Assembly (NCBI GenBank): GCA_016934325.1
Contig: JAFGSV010000033.1
Coordinates: forward strand, 1,959 to 65,958
Length of the DNA stretch: 64,000 nt
Origin: Candidatus Aenigmatarchaeota archaeon
GTDB taxonomy: Archaea > Aenigmatarchaeota > Aenigmatarchaeia > QMZP01 > JAFGSV01
Direction: 5' to 3'
Below are positions 30,343 through 39,644 of this stretch, one piece after another (within the stretch, counting starts at the first letter, position 1; every line of letters begins with the position of its first letter). The translations under genes were made by a program, and so were the position numbers. Below the pieces are notes generated by a model. That model ran no database searches. It saw only the letters and a list, made by a program, of their open reading frames with translations, and was not told the DNA's origin.

Positions 30343-30442
30343 GCCGGGGTGGCAGAATCTGGCCAATGCGCCCGCCTCGAATGAGGCTGAAGGGAAAGCG
30401 GGTGTCCTCACGGACGTGCAGGTTCAAATCCTGCCCCCGGCG
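30343..30442 (+). tRNA. tRNA-Ser(CGA) with ~15-nt intron at canonical position 37/38 (30382-30396)
   Basis: Acceptor GCCGGGG/CCCCGGC, discriminator G, anticodon stem CCCGC/GCGGG with loop CT-CGA-A|A, long variable arm GTCC-TCAC-GGAC, T-arm GCAGG-TTCAAAT-CCTGC. Confidence 0.9.
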
Positions 30443-30559
30443 CTGATATCTTTTTCTCATGAAAGTTAGACCAATGCGATTGGTGTATCGAAATATTGAA
30501 TCCCACCTTTCCCCCAGACTATGGAAGGTTATTTAAGTAAGCCTCTAAAAGAAAGAATC

Positions 30560-30820
30560 ATGTCCGCAGAAGCCTGCTGCGAGTTCGATGTGGTGCCGCC
30601 CCCGGGGATGTCGCCAGGAGACGTTGGATCTTATATTCGTAACGTGTTGCATGGGAATTTGGAAGGGCTGGAAAATAGTCCTGTTTCTGTAACATATATG
30701 GGGTCATTCCCCTTCAGAAAAGCCAGGATAAGGGTGACAGGAAGCGATAATCAGGATCATATCGGGCCGGCGATTATTTCCGGCTTGCAGGCAAGCTACT
30801 GGGACATAGACAGTAGATGA
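30560..30820 (+). CDS. Hypothetical protein (~86 aa)
   Basis: TATTTAAG ~25 nt upstream of ATG 30560; no recognised motif. Confidence 0.4.
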   Translation: MSAEACCEFDVVPPPGMSPGDVGSYIRNVLHGNLEGLENSPVSVTYMGSFPFRKARIRVTGSDNQDHIGPAIISGLQASYWDIDSR

Positions 30821-30870
30821 CCCGGTTTTGAGCGAATATCATATGTATATCGGGGGGAATGTCCAAGGCG

Positions 30871-31140
30871 TTACAGCAATCGCCTTTGTGGTGGCATGGG
30901 AAGGTTTCTGCAATCGCCACATATTGTCACTGCATATTCGATTTCATTCAATTCTTCCCCGTTCATGGTACTTTTTATCGCTTCAATGTCAATAATATTG
31001 GACCCGCTTATCCCGAGGACCTGTGCAATATATGTTCTCAACTGTGCATGATCGCTAAACGCAGGGATATCACCGCCACTCACAAATGCTACTGTGTTAT
31101 CTATTCCTATGCTTCCCATGCGACTTTGATAACCGCACAT
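30871..31140 (-). CDS. Possible hypothetical protein
   Basis: 89-aa ORF, plausible composition, no motif. Confidence 0.3.
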   Translation of the reverse strand: MCGYQSRMGSIGIDNTVAFVSGGDIPAFSDHAQLRTYIAQVLGISGSNIIDIEAIKSTMNGEELNEIEYAVTICGDCRNLPMPPQRRLL

Positions 31141-31293
31141 TTATTCACCACTTAGTAACTACATTATGATAATATTTTATAATCCCTCCTTAATAAAGAT
31201 TTGCATTGTCACAGTAGATGGAAATGACAGATTTGTCCAATAACGCCGTTATGAGCTTATGATGCTATTTAATTACGAAATTCAAAAGTACGT

Positions 31294-31923
31294 ATGTTCG
31301 TGACTCTCAATATCCGTGACTTGAAAAGCGGCAGGACCGGCAGATTCCCGTTGAAACCTCTTGAAAAGATTCTCCCGCTGGGAAAGACACCGGAGATAAT
31401 CGATGTTGATATAAAATACAGTCCTCCTTCGGGAAAGGTTCCAGGAGATATAATCAAAATTGATAAACCCGAAGTCTATTTTTACGGCACGCTGCTGATA
31501 AGGCTTTCATCAAAAGACAGAAGAGAGTTCATCAGAGAGATAGAGATAAGATTCGATAATAGTAAACACGACGGCACTGATATACACCTCAATTTGGATG
31601 AAATATACCGTCTGGGGAAGCACATAAAGGATAAATTGCCTCGAAGTGAAAAAATCGGCGAGTTTCATATGACTCCACTGGGTGATGATAAGACACCGAG
31701 AATGATAGATTTGACCGTGATTACTTCTTTTGGTAAGGGTACGCACATGAGAATTGGTTATTATCCCCACAAAGATGACATAATTATAGCCAAGGCTGTC
31801 AAAGACTTCATGGAAAAGGTAAAGCGAGGAACTTTAATCAAGCGTGATGAAAAACGAATGGAGGTTCTCAACAAGAAATATTACAAATCCTTCACGAGAC
31901 GTAAAGCGAATGAAGTGAAATAA
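31294..31923 (+). CDS. Hypothetical protein (209 aa)
   Basis: Long ORF in AT-rich DNA; no motif recognised. Confidence 0.6.
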   Translation: MFVTLNIRDLKSGRTGRFPLKPLEKILPLGKTPEIIDVDIKYSPPSGKVPGDIIKIDKPEVYFYGTLLIRLSSKDRREFIREIEIRFDNSKHDGTDIHLNLDEIYRLGKHIKDKLPRSEKIGEFHMTPLGDDKTPRMIDLTVITSFGKGTHMRIGYYPHKDDIIIAKAVKDFMEKVKRGTLIKRDEKRMEVLNKKYYKSFTRRKANEVK

Positions 31924-31953
31924 TGGTGGTAGAACTATCGTAAATCTGTAAAG

Positions 31954-32310
31954 TCAATGTTTACTCCAATAATCCCATACTCTCTTTATTTCATCGACCC
32001 AGAATCTATATCTTTGTCCCCATTTGTTGAAACACCCTAATTCAAACGCCAATTCAAAAAATCCATTGCCAGGCATTTTTGTGTCTTTTCTCACAACCAC
32101 AGCCGTAATTAGAAGACCTGTCTTTTTACGGTCTGCCCTGTTTATATCATCGAGAATTTTTCCTATTTCATGATATCTGTCATCTGGATTTTCATGCCCG
32201 AGACCCACAAGAGACATCAGTTCTTCATAATAGATTATACCCTTTATGTTATCAGATTTCCCTTTACGGGCAACTTCCTTTATTTTGTTGTAGATAACAT
32301 CATTTACCAT
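31954..32310 (-). CDS. Hypothetical small protein, putative nucleic-acid-binding domain
   Basis: YYEELMSLVG...EIGKILDDI...LITAVVVRK...PGNGFF pattern, HTH-like; family name not confidently recalled. Confidence 0.55.
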   Translation of the reverse strand: MVNDVIYNKIKEVARKGKSDNIKGIIYYEELMSLVGLGHENPDDRYHEIGKILDDINRADRKKTGLLITAVVVRKDTKMPGNGFFELAFELGCFNKWGQRYRFWVDEIKRVWDYWSKH

Positions 32311-32397
32311 TCATTTCATAGTTTTCGCAAAGACTAATAAAACCGACGTTTAAACGGTTTTGTAGAAATCATCAATAACAGCGTTACGAGACATTTA

Positions 32398-32811
32398 TTA
32401 CTTCTTCTTTGTCACTTTGTCAAATTCTTCGTCTACATTCCCCTCATATGCAACATCAGTAATTTTACTGATGTTAACGATTTGCTCTGCGAATATTAAA
32501 AATACACTCAACGCAACGAGTATTATGAGAAATATGTCCCCTAATGAAATCACTAAACCAGGGAAAACAACGTTGATTAACAAGTATGAATCAATTATTA
32601 TGCCTAGAACTAAAATACTCCCAATAAAAATTTGATAACGCATACCGCTTTTCAGTGCATTGTAATGTTGCTTATTTTTCTCAATGTGCTCAAAATTTTC
32701 AACTATTATCCTTCTAACGTTCTCCAAGGTCTGCAAATACTTGGTTGCAAGAAAAATAAGTATCGCCAATATGAAACTGTAGTATGTGGCGAGTACCTCT
32801 GCTCCAGCCAT
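32398..32811 (-). CDS. Hypothetical membrane protein (~3 TM)
   Basis: 137 aa, hydrophobic segments at the N-terminus and in the C-half. Confidence 0.55.
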   Translation of the reverse strand: MAGAEVLATYYSFILAILIFLATKYLQTLENVRRIIVENFEHIEKNKQHYNALKSGMRYQIFIGSILVLGIIIDSYLLINVVFPGLVISLGDIFLIILVALSVFLIFAEQIVNISKITDVAYEGNVDEEFDKVTKKK

Positions 32812-32885
32812 GATAAGTGAATGTTTTCTGGATTAAAAAGTTTCTCTATTAAAATTCGAACATGATATATCATTAGGATGACTTT

Positions 32886-33413
32886 ATGGAAAAAGTGAAG
32901 AAAGTGGGTTTGGATGATTTCATCGAAGAAAACCATAACCTTCTGACAGTTTTTGGGGTTTTTGCAGCATTGACAGCATTGTTCTCAAGAATAGGAGAAA
33001 GTGGAAATGATGTGATAACGATATCCATTTACATGGCATCAATGTCTTTTCTCATGCTGATTATGATAGCTTGGGTAATATGGACAAAATTTCCAAAAAG
33101 CGAGAAAGCAAGTGATACCATTAAGATATTCGAATTTCTTTACTTGGGTCTGCTTTTGTCAATGTCATTATTTGTTTTACTGACTTACAAAAATACAATC
33201 AAGTCATTTTCATTTCTTATCTTCTTTGCACTATATACCACTATAACTGTGAAACTTATTGGTCAAAGAGAGATTCCTAAGAAAGTCAGAAAACTGATGA
33301 AAAAACATAAGAAAATAAGAACATTTATTGCGGTTACGGTAGCTCTCATGTTCATACTGGTTGTATTCATATTAGCTCACTTCTCATCTCAGGCTTTCAA
33401 CCAATATTTTTAG
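32886..33413 (+). CDS. Hypothetical membrane protein (~5 TM)
   Basis: 175 aa with repeated hydrophobic stretches. Confidence 0.6.
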   Translation: MEKVKKVGLDDFIEENHNLLTVFGVFAALTALFSRIGESGNDVITISIYMASMSFLMLIMIAWVIWTKFPKSEKASDTIKIFEFLYLGLLLSMSLFVLLTYKNTIKSFSFLIFFALYTTITVKLIGQREIPKKVRKLMKKHKKIRTFIAVTVALMFILVVFILAHFSSQAFNQYF

Positions 33414-33486
33414 CCAGATATTCCGATAGTTTTATTATTCCTGTATCTAATTTATGAATAGTGGGCTACTGCCATAGCCCAGAAAG

Positions 33487-33870
33487 ATGTCGGTGATTGA
33501 TATAGACGGAATAGAATATAAATATATGTCTGTATATCAGGAGGAATTGAAGCACAAAGAATATTTAACGATCCTTCAGGCTGCAATAACGGTCATCATG
33601 ACATTTTTGGTGTTGTTAGCTATGGCGGTAATAACGAGTCCAGAAAGAATTGACGTAGGAACGATTTCACTGATAGGATTAGTCTCCGTAATGGGAATGA
33701 TAATAACGGTTCTACTAATACACTTTCTCGGTTTAAAACCCCTCCAAGAAAAAATACCGAAGAGGAAAGGTCAAGCATGGTCTATAATTCTCATTATTAT
33801 CATATTCCTAATACTTATTTTTCTGCTCGTTACATATGGTTCTTTGCCAGCATCAAGAACAACGCCTTGA
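33487..33870 (+). CDS. Hypothetical membrane protein (~3 TM)
   Basis: 127 aa with three hydrophobic stretches. Confidence 0.55.
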   Translation: MSVIDIDGIEYKYMSVYQEELKHKEYLTILQAAITVIMTFLVLLAMAVITSPERIDVGTISLIGLVSVMGMIITVLLIHFLGLKPLQEKIPKRKGQAWSIILIIIIFLILIFLLVTYGSLPASRTTP

Positions 33871-33971
33871 TTGCTTATAAATAAGTTATAAGGGGGATAT
33901 ATGATAAAATAAGGGTAAAGTATTTAAATATATAAGTTAAAAATATCCTATACATAATAAAAGGTACCCTT

Positions 33972-34943
33972 ATGGAATTAAAAATAAAAGTGACATCAAA
34001 AAATGTAAATGTCGTTGCCAGGTTCCTAAAAGAACTGGCATATGCAGACACATCAATTACACCTGTTCCTTCAGAAGAATCAGAAATTGAGGAAACAGCT
34101 AATTACATGACTAAAAATGATTTCAATTTAAAGGATTCTCTTCTTAAAAAACCTGAAAAACCTGAAATTACTTTATCGGGCGATATAGTTAAAAATGAAA
34201 CCACAACAGAAGTTGGAAATTGGGGTCTTTTTAATAGCTTTTTTCCCATAAAGGCGGTTCTTAGAGTTTTGATAAATAGAGAAAATGAGAATGAGAAATC
34301 TTTGACTTTAAGAGAATTGGTTGAAATATGCAGAATCGAATTTTCAAAAGGCAACCTTAGAAAACTGAGAGGTTTGCCCAGTAATTTAAGTAAAGAGAGT
34401 TCTATTGGTAGGCTTGTTTGGCATTTCATTGGACCAGCTCGGGAAATGGGATTCATTGTTATTGAAGGTGAAGTCAAGGGAGAAAAAGTTGATTATATTC
34501 CAATTTCGGATAAGGATTGGAATAAGGTTAGATTATTCCCAACGAAGGATGGTGCAAAATTTGCATTACTGGAAAATAACGTTTTTGATAAAGGTAGTAG
34601 CGATCAGGTTCTTACTATTGAAGAGAGGAAATGGTTAATGGATTATCTGAAAAAAATAGAAAAGAGGGGTCATAAAGAATTCACTATATTGAAAAAAGTT
34701 TTCGAATTCCTTTCTTCTGGACATGATGGTAAAGAGGATTTGAGGAGTTGGTTTAGAAATAACTCGGCTTTTTTAAATTATATTAAGAAGTCATCTTCCA
34801 AAAGCGGAGAAGCCCTGAATAATCAGCTAGATAATTTGTCAATTACATTCGCTGCAAGTAAATTGGCTTTGCTTAGAGAATTTGGTCTTGTTAGTAATAA
34901 AAGAGGTGACTATTCAATAATTGGTGATTTGAATGAGCTTTAA
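33972..34943 (+). CDS. Hypothetical protein (323 aa), possible tandem winged-helix DNA-binding protein
   Basis: AT-rich promoter upstream; LTLRELVEI, AREMGFI and C-terminal LLREFGLV..KRGDYSI resemble wHTH elements; overlaps next gene by 11 nt. Confidence 0.6.
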   Translation: MELKIKVTSKNVNVVARFLKELAYADTSITPVPSEESEIEETANYMTKNDFNLKDSLLKKPEKPEITLSGDIVKNETTTEVGNWGLFNSFFPIKAVLRVLINRENENEKSLTLRELVEICRIEFSKGNLRKLRGLPSNLSKESSIGRLVWHFIGPAREMGFIVIEGEVKGEKVDYIPISDKDWNKVRLFPTKDGAKFALLENNVFDKGSSDQVLTIEERKWLMDYLKKIEKRGHKEFTILKKVFEFLSSGHDGKEDLRSWFRNNSAFLNYIKKSSSKSGEALNNQLDNLSITFAASKLALLREFGLVSNKRGDYSIIGDLNEL

Positions 34944-37254
34944 AGATGACGAAGTTGATATAGAGAGAGGAGAAATAAAATTTCATACATTTGGAACTCT
35001 CAAATCACTAACTCAGTGGGTTAATACACATGAAGATGGATTTCCAGAATGGATTAAAAATGTTAGATCTGCATATTGCAGATTAAATCTTCCAGAAAAA
35101 CATAGAGCTGCTGTAATTCTTATCAAGGATAAAGACAATTTAGGTCCAGCAAGATTAGGCATTTTAGATGTTGGGGGAGCTACTGAAGAAGATGTAAATT
35201 ATTGGTCTGTTTGGCAAGATCCCGATGCTTCTTCGAGAGGGGGACAAAAAAAGGAAGAAACACAAGGCAATGGTGGGAAAGCGTATATGTACAAGCTTTT
35301 CAACGGTCCTTCGTACTTTATGGGTGTAAATAATAACATTGTAAATCGGATAGGATTTATCGGTGAACATGCTTCACTTGATAGAGGAAATCCTGGTTAT
35401 ATTCCAAGTGAAAAGGAAGCGAAAAATTTCAAAATATCTGATTGGGAAGATTTATTGATTTTTGAATTACAGAAATTTGGAACAAACATAGCGGAATTAC
35501 CCACTGAAGTGAAAGATATTATTTTTGATAGAAAATCTTATACTATCGTCAATGGAAGCGAACCAAGAGATTGGAACCAAAAAGATATTAAATTTTTTCT
35601 GAAAAAAATATCCAGACAATCACAATCAGTTCTTGCTCTGAATCAAGTGAGATTTTATGTTTTACATAATGGAAGGCTTTTGAATGAGGGTAAACCCTTA
35701 AAACTTGAAGAAATTGAACCGCACCCTAAATTTAAAGATCCAATCATCTATGAAATACCAAAAATTGTACTAAAAAAGGATGGAAATCAGGTTAATACGA
35801 CCAAATCATCATCTGGGATACATAAACTTGGGCGTATCATTCTATACACATCGAAAGAAAATATGTCAGCATCCTATGTAACTTTGAAACCCAGATGGGT
35901 GGTTACTTATAAAACCCAATATGAAGTTGTTGGGCAAAAAACAATTCCTGAAATTATTTCTGCACCTGGTATTCATTTTATTTATGCTGTTGTTGAACTC
36001 GACGCTTTGAGTCCAGATTATGTAAATTTAGGTAGAAAGAGACCAAATCCAGGATCTCTTATTGATGCTGTAGACCAATTTCTATCTGAAAAGATACGTG
36101 ACTTGGCAAAAGAAATAAATGAATTGAATAAAGAGGAGCTTAGTAAACTATTCTTAGATGAAATCCAAAAAGAAAATAAATATCTCAATGAAATAAAAAA
36201 TCGTTTTTTGCCTAAAGGTGGACTACTTGAAGTGGTAGATACAGAGGGTGATGGTGAAGGTTCGAAAAATAAGAAAAAGGTGAAACCAATAAAATGGGGC
36301 AAAGATGTACATAAAATTGAAACTCAATCATATGCTCTAAAAATTGGTGTTTCAGTACCTGTTAATCTAAAGGTATTATTGAAACCAAGTGCAAAGGATT
36401 TGCACGATAACCCAATCCCATCACCAAACTGGGAATGGAAATCTGATAATAAAAATATAATTGAAATTGACAATGATGGTAATTGCATACCAAAATCCAA
36501 AGGTTCTTGTAGAATTTGGGTATCGATACCAAAAACAAGTGCAATATCAGCACCAATAGAAGTGGAAGTTTGGAAAATCAAAGAGATAATTTTATCGCCA
36601 AGAAATTTAGAAATTAGTACTGGTTCTATCAAAATGATTACAGCCCAAGTTACAAATGATGAAGGAGAGAAATCTGCTGATGTAATATTAAAATGGAAAC
36701 ATGATGCAGAAAATGAGCGAATTGTAAAAATTAGTCCTAGAGGGTACGTATTTGGAAATTCTGTAGGAAAAACGAACGTTTTTGCTGAATCAGAAGTTTC
36801 ATGTACAAATCCTTGTGAAGTAGAAATCGTAAAGGGGGAGAATAAAGAAGGCAAAGGGAGTGGAGTCCCTCAACTACTGCTTACTGAAAAGGACATAGAT
36901 CCATTTACAGGTGAAATAAGACCCAGTGACCCAGAAGCAGCTGCACTATGGCAAGAACCTTGGGATGTTCAAAATAACATATGGTGGTTGAATTTGCAGA
37001 GCAAAGATGCATCGTTTGCTTATAGGAATATAAAAGAAAATCCGCATTTATGGAGATTGTTTCATGCAAAAATTCTTGTCGATATGATGATTCAGGTACA
37101 TATGCAAGAAGAGTATAATAAAAAAATTCAGGAAAAGGCTTACTGGTCTGACCATAAATATTTTTATGATAGAAAATATGTTGAGCTGTGTCAAGTTATG
37201 TGGGAAAAATTAAGTCAATACGTTCAGTTCGGAATGGAGGAAGGAAATGACTGA
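34933..37254 (+). CDS. GHKL (Hsp90/MORC-like) ATPase with two C-terminal Ig-like (Big_2-type) repeats
   Basis: Bergerat-fold motifs EWIKNVRSAY (N-box), ILDVGG (G1), QGNGGK (G2); two repeats WEWKSDNKNIIEIDNDG..IPKSKGSCRIWV and LKWKHD..RIVKISPRG.VFGNSVGKTNVFA. No signal peptide. Confidence 0.65.
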   Translation: MSFKDDEVDIERGEIKFHTFGTLKSLTQWVNTHEDGFPEWIKNVRSAYCRLNLPEKHRAAVILIKDKDNLGPARLGILDVGGATEEDVNYWSVWQDPDASSRGGQKKEETQGNGGKAYMYKLFNGPSYFMGVNNNIVNRIGFIGEHASLDRGNPGYIPSEKEAKNFKISDWEDLLIFELQKFGTNIAELPTEVKDIIFDRKSYTIVNGSEPRDWNQKDIKFFLKKISRQSQSVLALNQVRFYVLHNGRLLNEGKPLKLEEIEPHPKFKDPIIYEIPKIVLKKDGNQVNTTKSSSGIHKLGRIILYTSKENMSASYVTLKPRWVVTYKTQYEVVGQKTIPEIISAPGIHFIYAVVELDALSPDYVNLGRKRPNPGSLIDAVDQFLSEKIRDLAKEINELNKEELSKLFLDEIQKENKYLNEIKNRFLPKGGLLEVVDTEGDGEGSKNKKKVKPIKWGKDVHKIETQSYALKIGVSVPVNLKVLLKPSAKDLHDNPIPSPNWEWKSDNKNIIEIDNDGNCIPKSKGSCRIWVSIPKTSAISAPIEVEVWKIKEIILSPRNLEISTGSIKMITAQVTNDEGEKSADVILKWKHDAENERIVKISPRGYVFGNSVGKTNVFAESEVSCTNPCEVEIVKGENKEGKGSGVPQLLLTEKDIDPFTGEIRPSDPEAAALWQEPWDVQNNIWWLNLQSKDASFAYRNIKENPHLWRLFHAKILVDMMIQVHMQEEYNKKIQEKAYWSDHKYFYDRKYVELCQVMWEKLSQYVQFGMEEGND

Positions 37255-37981
37255 TAAACAACAGTTAACTTTGAATGAAAAAGTACTATTAGCTGCATTT
37301 GCATTACAAAAAGGTGATATTAAAAATAAATTTACAGCTGAAGACCTTCTCGTTGAAGTGTGGCAGCAAGATAAAGGTGCATTTGGTTTGAGAAATTATG
37401 AGAACAAATATCCAGATTCAAATAAATTATTCACAAAATTAGATGGGAAAGGTGGACTGGTTAGGAAAGGTTTATTGAAAAAAGTTTCAGAAAGAACATA
37501 TATATTAACTCCAGCTGGAATGTCTCTATCAAATTCAATAAGACCTGTTGACGAAATAACTACAACAAAGGTTAATAGAGAGCTTTATGAAGAGATTAAA
37601 AAAATCATTAATCATCCAATTTTCTCTGAATGGCTAAAAGATTCAAATAAGCCCGAAAAATTCAGAGATGCCGGTTGGTTTTGGGGTATTGCACCAGGAA
37701 ATCCCCCAAGTATTGTAGCAGAAAGGTTAGCGAATATAGAACAAAATTTGATTGAGGCTAAGAAAAAAACTGCTGAATGCGGAGGGAAGCTTGTATTAGA
37801 TACTAGGGGTATGGATCAAAATGTTAAACTTGCTCTTACAACAAAGGGTAACGCAAATATCGACAGTGATAAATCGAAGATTTATCTGGATTCCAAGGAC
37901 ATAAATAAATGTATAGAATTTCACGAATTGCTAAAAAAACGGTTTGAAAAAGAGTTAAGTATTATGCTGAAGAAAAAATGA
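37247..37981 (+). CDS. Hypothetical protein with N-terminal winged-helix domain (244 aa)
   Basis: FTAEDLLVEVW...GLVRKGLLKKVSERTYILTPAG wHTH wing pattern; overlaps upstream gene by 8 nt; stop abuts MTase stop. Confidence 0.6.
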   Translation: MTDKQQLTLNEKVLLAAFALQKGDIKNKFTAEDLLVEVWQQDKGAFGLRNYENKYPDSNKLFTKLDGKGGLVRKGLLKKVSERTYILTPAGMSLSNSIRPVDEITTTKVNRELYEEIKKIINHPIFSEWLKDSNKPEKFRDAGWFWGIAPGNPPSIVAERLANIEQNLIEAKKKTAECGGKLVLDTRGMDQNVKLALTTKGNANIDSDKSKIYLDSKDINKCIEFHELLKKRFEKELSIMLKKK

Positions 37982-39112
37982 TTATTTCTTTAGAACAAGT
38001 ATTCTGTCAACTTTTGTGGCATTCCCCCTTTTTTCTCCCCATATTCTTGATACTTTCGGGTTTCCATTATTTTCATCGTAAATAACATCATTGATTATGT
38101 CTTCAACTTTAGAAAATCCTATTTCTTTAGCACATCTCTCCCATACGCTTTCCGCTAAATTGATGGTGTCTGTGGATTCTTTCTTTTTTACATCTCCTAT
38201 TACAAGTACAGCTTTCCCTTCGGGTTTTAGTACCCTTTCAAATTCTCGAAGAACATCATTCATGAAGTTACAATATTTATCAATAGATTGGGTCACGAAT
38301 AGTTTTTTATCCACTTCTACACCATCTTTTCCAAGAAACCATAACCTAATCCAGTTGAATGTTCCATAAGTAATTAAACGAGTATATGGAGGTGAAGTTA
38401 CAATTAAATCAACAGAGGAATCCTTTATACGACTCATATTCCTTGCATCCTGCATGTATATCTTTCCTTTATTACTACATTTTTGGTAGCATCTTTCTAG
38501 TTTTTCATTCAGGATTCTGAAAACATCCCTTTTCGGTTTTCTGAGATGATGCTCTTTTATGTAATTCTTCACGTAATTGGGTGACATCGAAAATGTGTTG
38601 GGCATTTGAATAGAAAGATAACCCTTTGAGCCACCGTGCATTATTCCGAGAACCATTGCCGTGATAAAGATGTCTACATTACTTTTCTTCCATTTCAATT
38701 CCTTTTTGAGATACACGAGCTGGTTTAATGTATACTCACCAAAAATCATTTTGATTTTCTTATCAACATGCTTTGTGTCTATCTCTTCTTTTTTGTAATT
38801 TTCCTTTAAGCTTTTAATCCTACTTATTATTCTCCCTTTCTGAGGCACAGAAGCCTTCGATCTCGAAAGTACTGCTGCTAATATATTTCTATCATTTCCT
38901 ATCGCTTTTCTTTCAAGAAGACAACCTTCCAGAACCGTAGTTCCCCTGCCAGAAAATGGATCTAATACTAAATCACCCTTTTTCGAATATTTATCAATGA
39001 AGTAATTCGGAATTGATGGTGGATACATTGCCATATAACTACATATGGAATGTAATTTGTTTCCCATATTTTTCGGATATATCTTCCATTCAGGACAATT
39101 TATTTCTCCCAT
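37982..39112 (-). CDS. Amino-DNA methyltransferase (likely N4-cytosine; motif I before motif IV, alpha-type order)
   Basis: VLDPFSGRGTT (motif I) near N-terminus, DLIVTSPPY (motif IV) later; LHSICSYMAMYPP N-terminal block; GGAGTAGT SD-like upstream. Confidence 0.88.
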   Translation of the reverse strand: MGEINCPEWKIYPKNMGNKLHSICSYMAMYPPSIPNYFIDKYSKKGDLVLDPFSGRGTTVLEGCLLERKAIGNDRNILAAVLSRSKASVPQKGRIISRIKSLKENYKKEEIDTKHVDKKIKMIFGEYTLNQLVYLKKELKWKKSNVDIFITAMVLGIMHGGSKGYLSIQMPNTFSMSPNYVKNYIKEHHLRKPKRDVFRILNEKLERCYQKCSNKGKIYMQDARNMSRIKDSSVDLIVTSPPYTRLITYGTFNWIRLWFLGKDGVEVDKKLFVTQSIDKYCNFMNDVLREFERVLKPEGKAVLVIGDVKKKESTDTINLAESVWERCAKEIGFSKVEDIINDVIYDENNGNPKVSRIWGEKRGNATKVDRILVLKK

Positions 39113-39125
39113 ACTACTCCCTATT

Positions 39126-39335
39126 TCAAAAAGTATAATCGATTCTTATTTTCCAATACTTTTTGTTCCCGATTTTTTTTGTCACCACATATTTTCTTTT
39201 ATGCAATTGCTCCAAGTTTTTGTTTGTAGTTGCCCAGGACGTACCAGTTTTTTTTGTCATCTGAGTTGTTGTAAGTGGTCGTGAAGCATTGTATAAAATA
39301 TTCAATATTTTTCTTTCAATATCCGTGAAAGGCAA
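39126..39335 (-). CDS. Small winged-HTH transcriptional regulator (controller-like)
   Basis: IERKILNIL...LTTTQMTKKTGTSWATTNKNLEQL.KRKYV; TTG start 5 nt after upstream stop. Confidence 0.7.
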   Translation of the reverse strand: MPFTDIERKILNILYNASRPLTTTQMTKKTGTSWATTNKNLEQLHKRKYVVTKKIGNKKYWKIRIDYTF

Positions 39336-39340
39336 CCTAC

Positions 39341-39631
39341 TTATCGATTTTCTTGAAGATATTCTATTTTTAATGTTTTTTCACCCCTTTCATTCGGCAA
39401 AATCTTTAAAGTAAATTTTACTTTATCGTCCTTTGTAATTTTCATTGTTTCAGATATTTCTTTAGGAAATCTTATCAGATATTGACTACCATCATAAACT
39501 ACTTTCCTCGTTTTTTCTATGATTTCTGGTTCTGGTTCAATAATTTTTTTAATTTGTTCGGGAATTGTAGAGTAATCTGTATTGAAAAATTCTTTATCAT
39601 CCTGACTGACTTTATTTTTTTTCTTTACCAT
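39341..39631 (-). CDS. AbrB/MazE-like DNA-binding protein
   Basis: RKVVYDGSQYLIRFPKEISETMKITKDDKVKF swapped-hairpin pattern. Confidence 0.7.
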   Translation of the reverse strand: MVKKKNKVSQDDKEFFNTDYSTIPEQIKKIIEPEPEIIEKTRKVVYDGSQYLIRFPKEISETMKITKDDKVKFTLKILPNERGEKTLKIEYLQENR

Positions 39632-39644
39632 AATTAATATATGA

